A stretch of DNA of 64,000 bases from NCBI GenBank assembly GCA_012295275.1, contig CM022674.1, forward strand, positions 15,996,001 through 16,060,000, written 5' to 3'. Shown piece after piece: positions 46,274-62,114 of the stretch. The stretch's first letter is position 1. Each line of letters opens with the position of its first letter. The position numbers were made by a program, and so were the translations under genes. The notes below the pieces were generated by a model. The model was not told where the DNA came from. It saw only the letters and a list, made by a program, of their open reading frames with translations, and made no database searches. This DNA comes from Chrysomallon squamiferum (lineage: Eukaryota > Animalia > Mollusca).

Positions 46274-47215
46274 AGGTGCCTTTAAGAAAAGGTAATGGTT
46301 TGAGGCGTCAAACTCATCCATAAGAAGAAGTTTGTTAATTATGTAGTTTTTGAAAACAATATCTGATAGAAATTGCTCAAACATAAACCACCATTCCCAA
46401 AGAAGAAATCAAAGGAGAGAAAGAAACTTCATCTGAAACTATTACTGACTATTACAACTATTGTTGTGAAATTTGTGTTGAGTTGGAAAAAACGTAACAG
46501 TTGGAAAAGGTTGTCCTGCTGAAATAGATGAACCAAAATTTGGCAGTATTTGGGGGAATTTGTCATGAAAGAAGATATTTTTTCTTAATTCATTACAATT
46601 TACTATATTATAATTATGTATTTATTCATAACATCCAGCAATCAAGGCACGTACCAACTTAACAGAAAACAGGGGTGTGTGATAGGAGATAACTACCAAG
46701 TACTCATTGCACAGAAGGAAATTTTGGCCTTCATCTTGCTGAATACATGAGGAGGAATAAATAAAACAAGGAGGAAGTATTCAGTGAACTGTCACGAATC
46801 ATCAGTTTGGAGTATATTTGTTAATGATGACTATCTTTTGAAATGTATTATTTTGTATGATAACTAAAATGGCTGACATAACATCATACGTATTATTGCT
46901 TGACATGTTGAAGAATTGTTTGCTTCTATCTGCTGTATTTAACCACTTAATTGTAGGTGTATAAAAGGTTTAAAAACTATTATTAAAACAAATATATATA
47001 TATTATGTGTGGGTATGGACAGATATTCCTCTAATCTATGTCAACTCATCTACAGGACAGGTGAGATGACTGTAAAGTGAGTCCAGTCCTTATTCATTTT
47101 AACTATGTGAGAGATGTTACAGAACTGTATGCTGAATCAATAACTAAACCAAGTAAGAAAAGTACATCTGATCAAGCACCTGGAAGCTTTGTCCTGCTAG
47201 AATATACAACTAGGA

Positions 47216-47415
47216 NNNNNNNNNNNNNNNNNNNNNNNNNNNNNNNNNNNNNNNNNNNNNNNNNNNNNNNNNNNNNNNNNNNNNNNNNNNNNNNNNNNNN
47301 NNNNNNNNNNNNNNNNNNNNNNNNNNNNNNNNNNNNNNNNNNNNNNNNNNNNNNNNNNNNNNNNNNNNNNNNNNNNNNNNNNNNNNNNNNNNNNNNNNNN
47401 NNNNNNNNNNNNNNN
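47216..47415. other. Assembly/scaffold gap (200 N)
   Basis: Run of exactly 200 N. Confidence 0.99.
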
Positions 47416-47489
47416 TACATGCCACAAACCGAGTGTTGTTACCTAAACATCAGAATGGGACACACACTGACAGCAGAACAGACAGAGAA

Positions 47490-49300
47490 ATTTATCAAAA
47501 AACTGGTATGAGAAACACACTCATTAACTATTCTGTTTAACAATCTGCTTACATTCTTCTTGGTTTTTGTATTGGTAATATATTCTCAATACAGAGTAAG
47601 AAAAGCAGATTAGTGCAAGGATAGTCTACAATAACAAGTAAATTAATTGTGGAATACAAATAGCAGGATAACTTAGTTTACTTCCATGTTTGTTTATTTC
47701 CATTTGTATTATTTCATTTCTTTTTAGTTTATATTTGTAGCAAGAGTAATGAAAACCATTTCTTGTTTTGTTTTCAAATCACAGAATGCAGTTCACTTTA
47801 TTTTGTTTTTATTTGAAAGTTTAAAAATTTATTTTTCCATCTCTTAGTTTTTACTATAATTTGATGATTCTAACAATTTACTATATTTATAATTTAGAAA
47901 TTTAAAAAAATATATATATATATATCAGGATAAAACATTAGTCATTAATATATGTATCTGTGAGAAAGAGAAATAGTTTGTATATCTACAAAGGTATATA
48001 AATAAAAAACTTGTTTTTCAGAAACTGCTCAGTACACAAAAAGAGGTAATTCTGTGAGCTCACCACAGGAGAGAAATGTCATCAAAGAATCTGTACTAGC
48101 CTGGCAGGAACAGAAGCATCTACAGAGGTTGTCGTTGTTCTTACAGTAACAGCAGTAGTAGTAGTAAACTCATTTTTGTAGTGTATTTGTTACAGTATTA
48201 GTACTTAATAATAATCATTCTTGTTTGTAGTAATAGGTGATATTTTAGCCGATGATGCTTTGTGATCATAATGTATCTTGTGTGACTCACAGTCATAAAA
48301 ATACCAGCTGTAGTCATAGTACTAGTTGTACTAGTAGCAGCAGTACTAATAGTAGTTTTATTGTTGCAATAGTAGTAGTAATAGAGGGAGTTTGAGTATA
48401 TAACAGTTACATGAGAAATTATTATAAAAGTCAAATGGAAAGTAGGTGTAGAAATAGGAACAATAGTAGTTGTAGTAGTAGTAGTAGTTGTTGTTGTTTT
48501 TGTTGTAGTAGTTATAACGATAATAGTATAAAAAATATATTTGTTAGTTGAATAGGGGGAAAAAGAAAGAAAAATCATTAATACTTTATTTACCATTTTA
48601 TTTAATACTTTATTCATTTGTTTGTTTGTTTATTTACTTAATATTTTATTCAGTATTTTATTTATTTATTTATTGATTCAATGATTTATTGATTTATTTA
48701 TTTACACAGACAAGACAGTGCTCTCACCAATCAGATTCAGACCAGTTTGTTCTTCATTCTCTTGTCCAACATCAGATTCGACTCAGTCTTGTGTCAAAAT
48801 TTCACCAATGAGCAGCTCAGTTTTGTTTACCTGGACATGCAGTGGACACTGCAGCTGACCACGTCCAACTACAACAACTCTGACAGCATGAAGTTGTAGA
48901 GTGTTACTACACCAGGTGACCAATCTCAACAGTCAAATGTGAGCAATCAGGAGAAAAACTTGAAGCTTTAATACTAAAACCAGCCAAAGAAAAACACTGA
49001 ATCATTCAAAAGCACAGGAAAGAGACAAAACTCGAAGAAACAGGACAACATCTCCAACAATGTCTAGGAAATTTCCTCACACATCACATGTCACAGCTTA
49101 TGGATTTCCTGACTCATACAGCAGAGTGGGACCAGTGCAGTATCAGTGACTATAACACTTGCTGTCTTCTTGCAGTGCTGCAGTCAGGAATTATTTTCTC
49201 AATCTACACATCATACTGTGACATATGAAATATGAGGTGTTAATGTTCAGAAAATAATTTTTGGTTCACCCAGTACATCAGTGTGTGTCTCTTAGGCTGA
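47490..49300 (+). pseudogene. Partial inverted copy of the downstream exons of the CAMSAP-like fragment
   Basis: Donor aaaactg|gtatga at ~47505 and exons 48022-48127 and 48710-~49300 are reverse complements of 42143, 41630-41525 and 41169-40690. The diagnostic upstream CAMSAP exons are absent here. Confidence 0.65.
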
Positions 49301-50334
49301 TGTTTTCACTTCTATTTTGACAGCATAAAGAAAAAATCCTGACAGATTGAGTAAATGCTTATATCTCTTAATGTTTATTAAGTTTAGGTTAATGTAGCAA
49401 AACTATGTAAATAAAAATATTCCTCATCTTAGGATGTTTCATAATGTTAGCTAAAAATATTAAATTAAAAACAGAATACAAAATAATTGGAAATGTTTAT
49501 TTCAACAAAAAAACAAGTTAATATTGGAACTACTTTTTCATAAAAAAACCCATAATTTTAGAAAAATGTCATAAAATTCCTTACATAAAAATTTAGAAGA
49601 GCATGATATAAAATATTGAACTTTTAAATTAAAAATGTTTTAAAACCTTTGATAAGGTTTTAAAGATGAGAGCCAAGAGTGCTGTAAAATATAAAAATAC
49701 CAAGATTTCTGTCTATCCAACAAAAGTATAATAATAAAATATACAAAATGAAATAAAAAATAACCAGGATATTTGTTTACAAAAAAGTTAAAAGCTCAAT
49801 AAATAACTTGTAATCTGAAAATTATTTATTCAGAAAATTTATGATTTCTGATTTTATCTTCTAAAACACACAAAATTATATACTTCCATTTTATGTTTTG
49901 TTACAATACCTTTATTGGGTAAATCTTTACTAGAAGTCTTGGTGTTCTTTGTTATTTTATATTTGGTATAGATAATTCAGTAGATTTTTTTTTTTTTTAA
50001 ATAAAATAAGAAATACAAAAAATAAAACAAAAATGAAATTATCTCCCCTGGACCAAACAACTTTATATAAAATGTGTACTTTTTTTTTACAAAGCAGTAA
50101 TCAAGGATTTCTAACAAATTATTTTTAAAAATAAAAGTCTTTTTTTCACAGGCCTGACTGAACTTGGTGCTGTATTGGGTCGAAACATTATGTATATTGG
50201 TCTATATGTAACTACATCTTGTATGAAAAACATTGTGACTTTCAATATGAAATCACAGTTTCACAGTTTTATAAATTATTCACTAAGTGTAGTCCATGAC
50301 TCACACAAGTAATGTTTTTAAACTTTTGTTTGGT

Positions 50335-51583
50335 GTGGATTTTCTAGAAGTTCTCAGTATTCTTCAAGCATTCGGCTTCTTTTTATTTTTTTTGTTGAGA
50401 TGTTTCATCTTCTACAATTTCTTCTGCTTGCTGAGTTCAGTTTGATCAGAAAACTTGAAAAACTTGGAAAAAACTCAAGAAGCCATTTAGAATTAACAGA
50501 TGATTATCATTAACACTTCTCATTATAAACAAAACTGATAATTTAAAAGAAAAATAAATGTGTTTTTTATTAAAACTAAAATAATATTCAGAATTGTATA
50601 AACAGTATTAATTTGTCCTGATTATAAAAGTTTACCTCAGAATGTGTATTATATAATTTGACATGTAAAATGAAGACTAGATAAAATTCAAATCTGATGT
50701 TTTGTGACTTAATAGTAGAGTTGAGATGAGAAGTAACAGATTGTAGTATCAATCTTGATTTGTGCAGTGTGTTATTCATGTTTAAAAAATGTACACTCAA
50801 CACTGAACATAAAAGTAATTGACTTAATTAACAGTGAAAATGTAGAGTGTTTTTCTCTTACACTGTCATTATCAAAAATAATTAATAACTGTCATCTGAA
50901 ACAGACCATTTAAAATTATTAATCACACTTCATGATTACCGAAAGGCTGAGGAAAAAGTTTATTAAAAATTGTGAGAGATACTTTTACATTTATTTACCA
51001 GTCAAGCAGACAGTTAAACTAATATGATGTGAAGAATCTGCTGTAAACAGATTTCTGTACTCTGTGTGCAACACCAGCTTGTGTCAAAACATCAGACATG
51101 ACATTCATACATTTAAAACAAAAATGTCAGTAATAGTATTACAAATGTGATGTACATACAGTTTACTTACAAATCACTCAGCCTGTTAAAACAGCACTGA
51201 TGTAAAACATCTGATTGTCTAACTGTCCTGTGATTTCTTTGCTGTAAGAATCTGCTGTAAATAGATTTCTGTACTCTGTGGTGATTCTGACATAACATCC
51301 AGCTTGTTTCTAGAAATAAAACATTAACTGTACATTTTTGTAGAACAACTATAACAATTGTATGTCTTCATTTGAATTTGGAGTGATGTTTTCAACTAAT
51401 ATATATATATGTAGAATGAAATAAAATTTAACTAAAATAAAATAAAGTCAAACTGTATTTATTAAAATATTTCTTATTGTTCCTGTACTTTTTATTATCT
51501 GGGAATGTGTCTGTTTAAAACAAATTTGAACAAATCAAGTGAGAACCTTTAAGTATGAATCTAATAATTTTAAAAATAAAATA

Positions 51584-51615
<32 letters not shown>

Positions 51616-52830
51616 TTTTTTTACCTTTTTAAATTGATAACAATTACAATCTAAAATCTTTATCTTATTCTTAATTTTAAATTTAAACTTTCTAAAATAC
51701 ATGTTCAATTGACTATTTCCTCTTACAGCTATGTTATCACAATTGGTAAATCAATGACAAAGTCTGTATTTACAAATAAACAATAAAATTATATCTAATA
51801 ATATTAATATTAAAACATTCTCAGGTGAAATTAAGTAATTTATTATTTTAGAGTTTATAAAATCTGGTAGTAAACTGAATTACCTGTCCATTGTACCCAG
51901 CATCTGTTTACAAACATGTTGAGTACATCCGAGTGTCTGAGTCTGTACAAATTTCTCTTAACAGTCAGGACTGGAGAAGTGTGTGTTCTTCACTGAACTG
52001 TGCACTACACACATGGTCAAGTGGTCATCCTTGGCCAGAAGGAACCTGGCCTTTTCTCTGAACAGAAAGAGCTTGTTTATCCTGTAAAGTCATAAATTAC
52101 ATTTATCATTGATAAACAATGAAATGAGTTAACTAAAAAATAGCAACATTTATTACTTATAACTCTAATAAATACAATTATAGTTAATTAAAAAAAAAAT
52201 AAAAAATAAAAAAATTATAAAATTTATCATTGGTAATCTCTGGAAACAAAAACAAATTACTATTTAAGTATCACCTAAAATATTAGAATAACAAATTATT
52301 TAGTCAGAATAAATTGATTTTGCTGAGATTTTTCTGTATTTTATTATTGTTCATAATAACCAACAAAAAGGAAAATGAATATTTCAAGGTTTTTTTCAGT
52401 TTAGTGACAAAACTTTCATTGTGTCAAACATTTTTCTTAAAAAAGAGTATTTCCCATAAATATAAAATTTGTTTTTTTAAAAATCTTTAGGATGGAGGAA
52501 AAATAATTTATTTTATTCATGAATAATTTTACTTCTTTCTGTTTTTAAAAACAATAAATTCATTTCCTTGTATGTATTTTTTTTCATCTTCAATACAAAA
52601 GATGTTTTATGTAAAATTTGTTTAATAATAATTTTGGATGTTTAATGTTATAATAGCTTAATCATATTTGTAATACCAATACAAAAAAATGAATTTCAAA
52701 TCTCAGGTCTGTATAAATCACTTTGCACAGACAACACAGACACAACTGTGATAATTCCAGAACTACAGTCCAAGTGAAATGACACGACAAACATCTTGGG
52801 CAATATGGACTCCAGTGGAAATTCAACCAT
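50335..52830 (-). pseudogene. DHX8: Second (inverted) copy of the DHX8/PRP22 C-terminal pseudogene fragment
   Basis: Reverse complement of 37084-39575. Exon 52081..51884 shares the same +1 frameshift and TAA stop. The first-exon donor is mutated (gt to at, ~52701). Confidence 0.85.
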
Positions 52831-53848
52831 CTGTAAATACAAAATAAATATATAACAAATATACATGATTAATAGTTGTAAAATATTTTACAACAACAAC
52901 AAGAACAATAACAACTGTATTTTACTTCAAAATATCAGCATGATAAATATATATAAAACAATGTTTTTCACACAACAAAATTTTAAATACATTTTTAAAT
53001 ATACCTATCCACTTCATAACAGCTAGTATATTAAAAATGTGTATATTTAAATATTACTTTGCGAAATATATATATAGGCCTATACTGTATAATATACACT
53101 ACAGTTATACTGTATACTCTGTAATACACTTAAACACTAATACAGGGCAGCGGGCTTGAAATGGCCAAAGATCCGTTTGGGCGACTTGACCTGTTTATCT
53201 ATAAGTTATAATTCAAGAGCCACTATTAATTACTTTATCTCAAATATTTATTTCACATAAAAGGTTTGCTCGTAGTTCGATAAATTGGACGTACTGGCTT
53301 ATCTTATTTTGCCAATATTTTTTTATAAACACTAACTGTGAACGCCGGATATGCATGTAGTTAACTGTAGTCTTGATAAACAAAACCGCGAGTCTCGCTG
53401 ATTCAGTATCGTTAAAACTGGTCGTGACCATTCGGATCATTCCGAACCTTCCCGAATGCCGTCTTAGCTTCTGTCGTCTGCGACAGTAGACAGGAAACCA
53501 CACCATAATCTCAAGCCACGAGTAATTTCAACAAATTTTGTAATCAAGAGATAAACACATCAATAACTTGTTAAATACTAAAAACCAGCAGGTTCACGAG
53601 TGAACTGTTTTTACTTTAAATAATTATAAAGTTAAATTTTGTTATTTTAAATATAGTAAATAAATAAGCAATAACAGGGCTGTTTCAATAGTTATTAGAT
53701 TGAAAAGAAAAGTGGTTTGTTGTATTTACTTTCTATTATATATGTTTTTCATAAATATTTGCTTTCTTTCTTTTCATTTCTTTTTATTTATTTATTTATT
53801 TATTTATTTTTATTTTTTTTTGTTTTTATTATTATTATTATTATTATT

Positions 53849-53879
<31 letters not shown>

Positions 53880-55129
53880 CAAATTTGTAATACTGTTTAA
53901 CTGTTATTCCTGGATAATATATCTCAGTTCAGAAATATATTGTTTCTGGAGTTTATTAATTTCAAAATAAATGTTAATAAAATTTTATTTTGAAAATGAA
54001 TGATAGTTTTGATCTACTGGATGAAGTATTGGATCCTTAGATAAAGTTTATTTCATGTTACGATATTATTTTTAGATAAATCTTTTGCTTTTTGTCAGTT
54101 CTCAAGTATTACTCTACAAATCAATGACTGTACATTTTGCAGTCAACTGAAATGTGTTCTAACTGTAAAAGCTGCAGTGGACTGAATTCTGATATTTTCT
54201 TTCTTATGATTGAGATTTTTTAATGGATCTTTGAAAAATTCATTTTATCTCATTGACGATCACAAAGTCAACAATCATACAAATTAAATAGTCTACTATA
54301 GTCTTATATAATCACAAAACACACTATTCTACATTCATAAACAGACATTTACAAAATTCATTTATGATATTTACTGACCTTTGTATTCTTTTCTTAACAC
54401 TGTATCCTAATAATTAAAATATTTAGGATTACAACTAAAGTAATACTCTAAAAATAATAATAATAATAAAAAAAAAGTACCTGAAATGAAAAAAAAAAAA
54501 AACCACCATTAATATTACAGGTTTACATAAATACCTTAAACTGATTAATAAAGTTTAACAAAGTAGGTAACCAAATACATTGAACTCTTCACATGAGAGA
54601 CAACACATTTCCTGAGAATTCACTTCATTTGTTATCACAGTCAGTATATGTCATCCAGTCACAGATACATATTTAATGTGTAGTGCACAGAATATGAGAG
54701 GAAAAAAACAAATCACACCAAAAAACACTGGCCCCTACATGACACTCATATAATAGCATATAAAACATAATGTTACATATAAATAATACAGCGATATAAA
54801 TTAACAGTCTTTACTAAAACTGATGGTTTTGCAAGTATATAAACATCCATTCCACCCTCGAAAACAAGCACGTTCTACAACCCTCAGCCCGACACACACT
54901 TACATTCACATACACAAACATCACTACACGTATCACACAACACTAATTAACTGAATATGTTTGTTACATGTTATATCTCATCATGGAAATAAAACATTTA
55001 CCAGAGCCTCGGAAAGACGGCCCTAAGAAATGAAATTTTTGTTTGCGCTTTTTAGCCACATTCTTGTTCAACGTTTGACGCTTCTTTTAACGTTGTTTAC
55101 TGCAAGAAGGACAACAACAAATGTTATGA

Positions 55130-55189
<60 letters not shown>

Positions 55190-56423
55190 TTTAAAATAAC
55201 TGAAGAAAAAATGAAAAACAGATAGGGGAGCAAGAAAGAAACAAAATGATAAATAAAAATAAAAATAAATAAAATGAAGGTTTCTATCCGGATACAGCCT
55301 TGTATTTGCTTGCACAAGGAAATAAAAGGTTTTATTTATTTATTTTATTTTATTTTGTTTCGATTTTGTTTCAGGTAAATTCTTACTTTGAAAATATTAT
55401 GAACCAAGCCTCCCAAACTTTAAATGGCGCGAAAAAGGGAAATTTAAATGTAAAAAAAAATTACCACGTGTGTTTCGTCTGATCGCTGATTGGTTAATGC
55501 TGAAGTAATATAACTGACATCTGCAATTCTTGCGGAAAAAATAACTGAGCTGGCGGGAAAAAAATGTCTCTCCTGTTGATTTTCTTCATTTTACGAAAAG
55601 AAAAACAAAAATTGTAATTCCACGGTATAGAAAAAAAAAAAGTAAATACTAATTAAAACAAACAAATAGAAAAAAGAAACGCTATTAGATGAATCTATTG
55701 CTGATTATTAATAACGAAATATACAAAAGCAAAACGAAACAATGAAAATAACGATTGACACAATAATGATAAATAGAATAAAAGAAAAATAGAAAAAGTA
55801 ATACCACGATCAAAATAACAATATAATAACAACATCAACAACAGCATAAATACTACTACTACTACTACACACACACACACATCTACACTTTCTTTCACAT
55901 ACAAATACGTCTCCTGTTTCACCATTGAACGCAAACCCATAATCTCTCACATGCACACATACAAACATGTCCCGGTGACCGAACGGTAACATCCTCCGCC
56001 TTCGGAGGGCGGGCGAATGGGTGCCATACGTTCTAGTGAATACACACATACACCTATAAGCATAGACCTATAAACACACATACAAACAGATGTGTGTCAC
56101 ACACTTGCTCAGTTACACACTCACTCATGCTTTAAGGTTCGCATACATTTCAAATAAAGGTTAATAGTATATACATTGTGTAACTTTAAGAAAGGGAGAT
56201 AAGTAAGGAACCAACTAAGAAAAAAAATACGAGTAATTATATTTTGCACCGATTTTGTTTTGTTTTAACAGTAACACGCTCGCACACGCTCGCACTCAAT
56301 GAAACACCTACACTCAAAAACACACACCGACACACACACACACCTACACACAAAAACACACACCGACACACAAAAACACACACCTACACACAAAAACACA
56401 CACCGACACACAAAAACACACAC

Positions 56424-56460
<37 letters not shown>

Positions 56461-56742
56461 GACACACAAAAACACAAACAGAAACTGACACGTACAAAGA
56501 CACACCAAGACACACAAATACACAGTGACATACGCAAAAGCGTGCGCCTTTCCTCTTCTTATAATTTATTTCTTGATCAGAAGCGTTTCTGTAAAAAACA
56601 TGCTTGTCCAAGAATGTTAAATCTGATAATATATTAACAAAAGTGATAGGTTTACTTACACATTACCCTCAGTCACTGCATTATAATTCTGTAACGTGTA
56701 AAATAGATTAAAAGTAAATTTATTTTAATAAAAATGACAGCA

Positions 56743-56790
<48 letters not shown>

Positions 56791-57101
56791 TAATAAATTT
56801 CAGAATACTATTAATTCAATAACATTATGATCTTAAGGTTCACCAACATGTATGTAACTATCAGTTTATCAAAATACTTAATGTGCTACTGCTAGAAACA
56901 CTCTCACTACAAGTTTATCAACATACTTAGTTTGAACTACTAGACACATTGACAATTACAAGTGTATCAACTTACTTGTGGGTGTGTTTGTATGTATGCT
57001 TTTATGTATGTACGTATGTACTACGTATGTATGTATTTATGCTTTAGAAAGAGTTATGAGTGATTAGATGTGTGTATATCCATATCTCTCTTCTCTCTCT
57101 C

Positions 57102-57138
<37 letters not shown>

Positions 57139-57370
57139 CACAAACAGATACACATATATATACATACTCGATCACATACAAACATACATACATAGATACA
57201 GAGATAAGTAGACAGATATTGATATATATGTGTGTATGTGTGTATATGTGTATGTATAAGTGTGTGTGTTTATGAAAGACATTTAGACATGTGTGTGATC
57301 GTATATATATATGTTTCAGAAAGTTTAAATACATGTATTTGTGTGCTAGACAGACAATGTGTATTGATCT

Positions 57371-57570
<200 letters not shown>

Positions 57571-58396
57571 AGTGGACCCTGATTCATTTGGGACCAGTCA
57601 TAGGTGCCGTTTTAGACACAGTGCCTGCTTACACAAATTAAAATGACACGAAATATATTTTATTTCTAGTGTTATTGTTAAGCATCTATCAAGTGTCATC
57701 TGAGAAACAGTCTGTCATTGACGACTGCGTTTTTTTCTTCTACTTTATTTATTTATTTATTTGTTTATTTTTTCTTGTTTCTCTCCAAAACAAACTTCTC
57801 TGTCATGGCCTCCATGTTTAACATCGATTGCAAAATCTGCTGCCGGTAGAAGCAACGAAATATTTTATTTGTTTTATAATTTTAAGAACATCAGTGTAAG
57901 AAATGTCGGTCACTGGGTCACTGTGTGTCTCGTCAATTTATTCAGATCTTTGAATTTGTCGGTTGTTACTCTTTGCCGACATATTAGTTTAGTACAACTG
58001 TTGGTAATGGTCACTAAGTTTTATAATGTCAGATATTTCCTGTCTTCATATTTCAGATTGCATTGCTAGGGTCTTAGTATAAACCCGCGGAAAAGTCTAG
58101 TCGCCTTCTTTTTATTTATTTATTTATCTATTTATTATTTGAAACAGATCACATGAAAGTTGAATATCGATACATCTTGCCTCCATTTTGTCCAACGGTC
58201 TCCTGAACACATTCTGCGATCAGTCAGCGGACTTCAGTTTTTTAGATCGCTATGCGGTGAATTCAATAAAACAAAGCAAAATATGCGTCATACGTATTTA
58301 CTTAGACCTCTGCTGTTGACTCTTAATCTAAATGAGTGAATTCACTTAGGTATTATCACATTAATAATAATCTTGTTCATTTAGCTGCGTGAAGGG

Positions 58397-58689
58397 CATA
58401 GGTTTTCAACCTCGGGGTCGCCAGACTTTTTTTCTGGGGATTGTGAGATCGTTCTTCAGGTAGGGTATGTGTTAACTTTGTACAACTTGACTTGGAAGGA
58501 GAAATAAACAAAAACGTGTGGATAGGTTTGGGACCCGTCATAGTGAATATAGATTCCTTTTGTACTGTCTTTGCTTGATGAAAATATGGTAACCCTACAT
58601 ATTATTGAATCAAAAATTTTAAAGGGGATTTTCGTTCATATTGAATTGCTGATAAGTCGTCGCGGTATGAAAAAGGTTGAAAACCAGTG
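58397..58689 (+). mobile_element. hAT-type MITE (copy in unit C)
   Basis: TIRs cataggttttcaacct and aggttgaaaaccagtg. Flanks gtgaaggg and gtataggg form a degenerate 8-bp TSD, the length typical of hAT elements. Confidence 0.7.
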
Positions 58690-59155
58690 GTATAGGGTTA
58701 CCTCCCATTAGTCATAGGCTTATTTGTCATACAGCTCATAACAACACAGGTCAAGTTTTGATGCACACTTAATCAGCTTCCCACCGGAGTTGTGATTACA
58801 ACAGTTAGCAGTGAGACACAGCCAAGACTAGTTGATCATTCTCCACACAGGGGTGCCCAGCTTACTTACTGCTTGACTGCTTTCCAAATTGTATGACTAC
58901 TGACCATATGACTGTTGGGAGGATACCGCGTATAGTGATTACAAGAAGCTTGGCATCTTGTTTATTAAGATTTCACTATGTGCGATCATTTCATCTTGTG
59001 CACGCGGTAGTCTAATTACGTGTTAATTGTTGTTAATTTTTTTATGACATGACCTTTATGAAATGTACTTTATTCTGGAATTTACAGCAGATATCCGAAG
59101 TAGAGAGTTCCGGATTTTTCAAAGTTTTGTTCATAATATATTAAAGTTAGCCTGA

Positions 59156-59576
<421 letters not shown>

Positions 59577-60327
59577 AGACTACACACATCAAGTACAGAT
59601 ATTGGATCTGCTCTGGAATCCTGTCTCACAACATCTTTATGTATTACACGCTGTATGCAGAAAAGAAAAGTATTACAGAAACTAAATAATAAAACTTGAT
59701 TTTTATGTCTATATCATTTTTCTGTTTATATTCTAAACACAAATTAAATACAAAAATAAACGATGTAAGAATTCATGATACAAAAACAAATTTATTTGCA
59801 TTTTGTTTATATACATCTTATACATAAACAAAGAAACAGTAAATTCGAAACATAATCTATTTTACTTACATATTTAATATAAATCTGAATAAAAGAAAAT
59901 TCATAAATAAATCAAATAACAGTTCTTGTATTTCATGTCCAACAGTCAATATGTACATATATAATTTATCTACATTTTATTTTATACACATTTTAGACCG
60001 AAATAAAAAAAGTACAAATGAAGCAAGAAATAGTTAATAATATTACGTTTTATATACAAACAAAAAACATTAGATATACTTAAATAATAAATTAATATAT
60101 AAATGATAAAGCAATCAGATGTTAATATATATTTTACACGGATCTGTTTGACACAAATCAGTCCATTAGAAAATTTCAAATCAAATCAAGTGTCTATGAC
60201 GTCATCACTGCTGTCTGACGTCATAAGAAAAACGTAAACAAATCAATACATAAATAAATAAACAAATAAAAATAAGGATATCAGGCCAGTGATGACTAAA
60301 AGTGACAGTGTTTGAACGATGTTGTTT

Positions 60328-61877
60328 TTACACTAAAAATAACAAAGCAGGTATTTGTCCTTCATACACACGTGTAAGAAGTTTTCTGTGACTGTGTTTA
60401 GATTTGTGTGAGTCAGAAACTCTACAAACAAAAGAGTCTACAACAATTTCTGATTTACCTTCTGCTCCACACAATGAGTCTCCTCCTTTAACAGTAACAA
60501 ACAAGCTATACTCAGTGTCTTTAGTAATCTTCACTGGACGTCTGAACACGACGTCATATACGTCAGACACGACGTGTTCATATCTCTGTGTCAGCGTAGA
60601 CCCGTCAATTATTTCGTCTGTTCTTGTGTCAATGACGAAGGCGCTGACGTCGCAGTTTCGTGGTTGACTGTAACCGTACAACTGAAATCCGCGAAGTAAA
60701 GCGTTTTTGTTGACAGAGAAAGTAATGGATTCATCGTCTTCACCAGAACATGACCAGATCTCAGGCCATGTTTCACCAAACCTGTTTATTGTAATGTGTG
60801 TTTTCATCATTGCAGTTCTCTTGTTTGAGTTAAAAGGAGAAACATCTTTATCACTCTTCACCAAGTTTTTCAAAATCTTGAATCCTTCTGTATCACTGAG
60901 TATGTTAGTGGGTGTCACGTGTTCTACAAAATACGTCTGATCGAGTAATGGATAACGCACGTGCTTCACGGCCTCTCCAAGTTCCTCGCGCATGTTCTGT
61001 CCATTCGTCTGTTTTCCTTGCTTCGTACATGCGCTGTCAGCCCACTTCACAGCGGCTTCAAAAACATTTTTCTCGTCTGCTGTCAGTTCGTCTGATCGTA
61101 CGATCTCAACCAGACATTCGTGACAAAGATCGGTGACTTCATCCGACTTCAGAACTTCGTCGCCATTTTCCAAAATGAAGTCCAGAGTATTTTTTCTTAG
61201 ATCGTGTTCATCAAATAGGTGAGCTTGTTCCAGCACGACGCACGCATTCTGTGACGACAACGACGACTCCAAATAGCGCACGCACTGATCTTCCAGTGTC
61301 GTGACGATGTACTTCCTCGATAGATACAGCAGACCGATGACGTTGTGGCCTGTTAGGACGACGTCATCCGTATAAAGATATCTGTGTAAAAGAATGTATA
61401 GTAAGACTTCAAAACGAGAAATAATTATTGGAGATTAATTAATTAGAAAATAATTAGATTACTAACAAAAACTGTATTGTTATCAACGTTCGTGTCGGTA
61501 TGTATGTTTCGTTACTCACTATGTTCGTACCTGTGTCGCTGTGTGTGTCTGTGTGTTTCTGTGTGCGTGTGCGTGTGTGTGTGCGTGTGCATATGCGTGT
61601 GTGTGTGTTTGTTAACATACTTTAAAAACTCTGTAAAAGTATCTGCCTGCACATCAGGCAACAGGATGCTGTTTTGTTCGCGAAGTTCTCCCATCAGCAT
61701 GCTGTGGAAGACTTCGCTTCGTATCATAAGGATGAACCGATGTGCATCCACAGTTTTTTCTTCTTCCCCAACAACAAATCTGACGTCGCTGTCTGTTCTC
61801 GTACGAAAAACGTGTTCAATACACTCCGTCAGTTTTTTCCCTGTCTGCCAACTTGAAACTTCTGCTGCGGTGGCCAT
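60328..61877 (-). CDS. BTB/POZ-BACK-PHR domain protein, BTBD1/2/3/6-like (copy C); join(61877..61621, 61381..60328), 436 aa
   Basis: Same 257-nt first coding exon, GT-AG intron 61620..61382 and open second exon with BACK and PHR motifs. Confidence 0.93.
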
Positions 61878-61893
61878 GTTTTCACTATAAACA

Positions 61894-61945
<52 letters not shown>

Positions 61946-62033
61946 TGGAATGGAGAGAAAGAAAAAGAAATTGTTCGGACACAGAACTATAACAATTCTT
62001 AGGGCTAATAACAATAAAAAACAACAACATTTA

Positions 62034-62114
<81 letters not shown>

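Noticed and set aside
34492-47215. One giant Helitron ending at CTAG 34492 and carrying the DHX8 and CAMSAP fragments
   Set aside because: Sequence on both sides of the 67-bp hairpin piece resembles unit A (4140-4230 and 4560-4660), so the insert appears small. No Rep/helicase remnants were seen.
47077-47511. ORFs spanning the N run
   Set aside because: Frame continuity across an arbitrary-length gap is meaningless.
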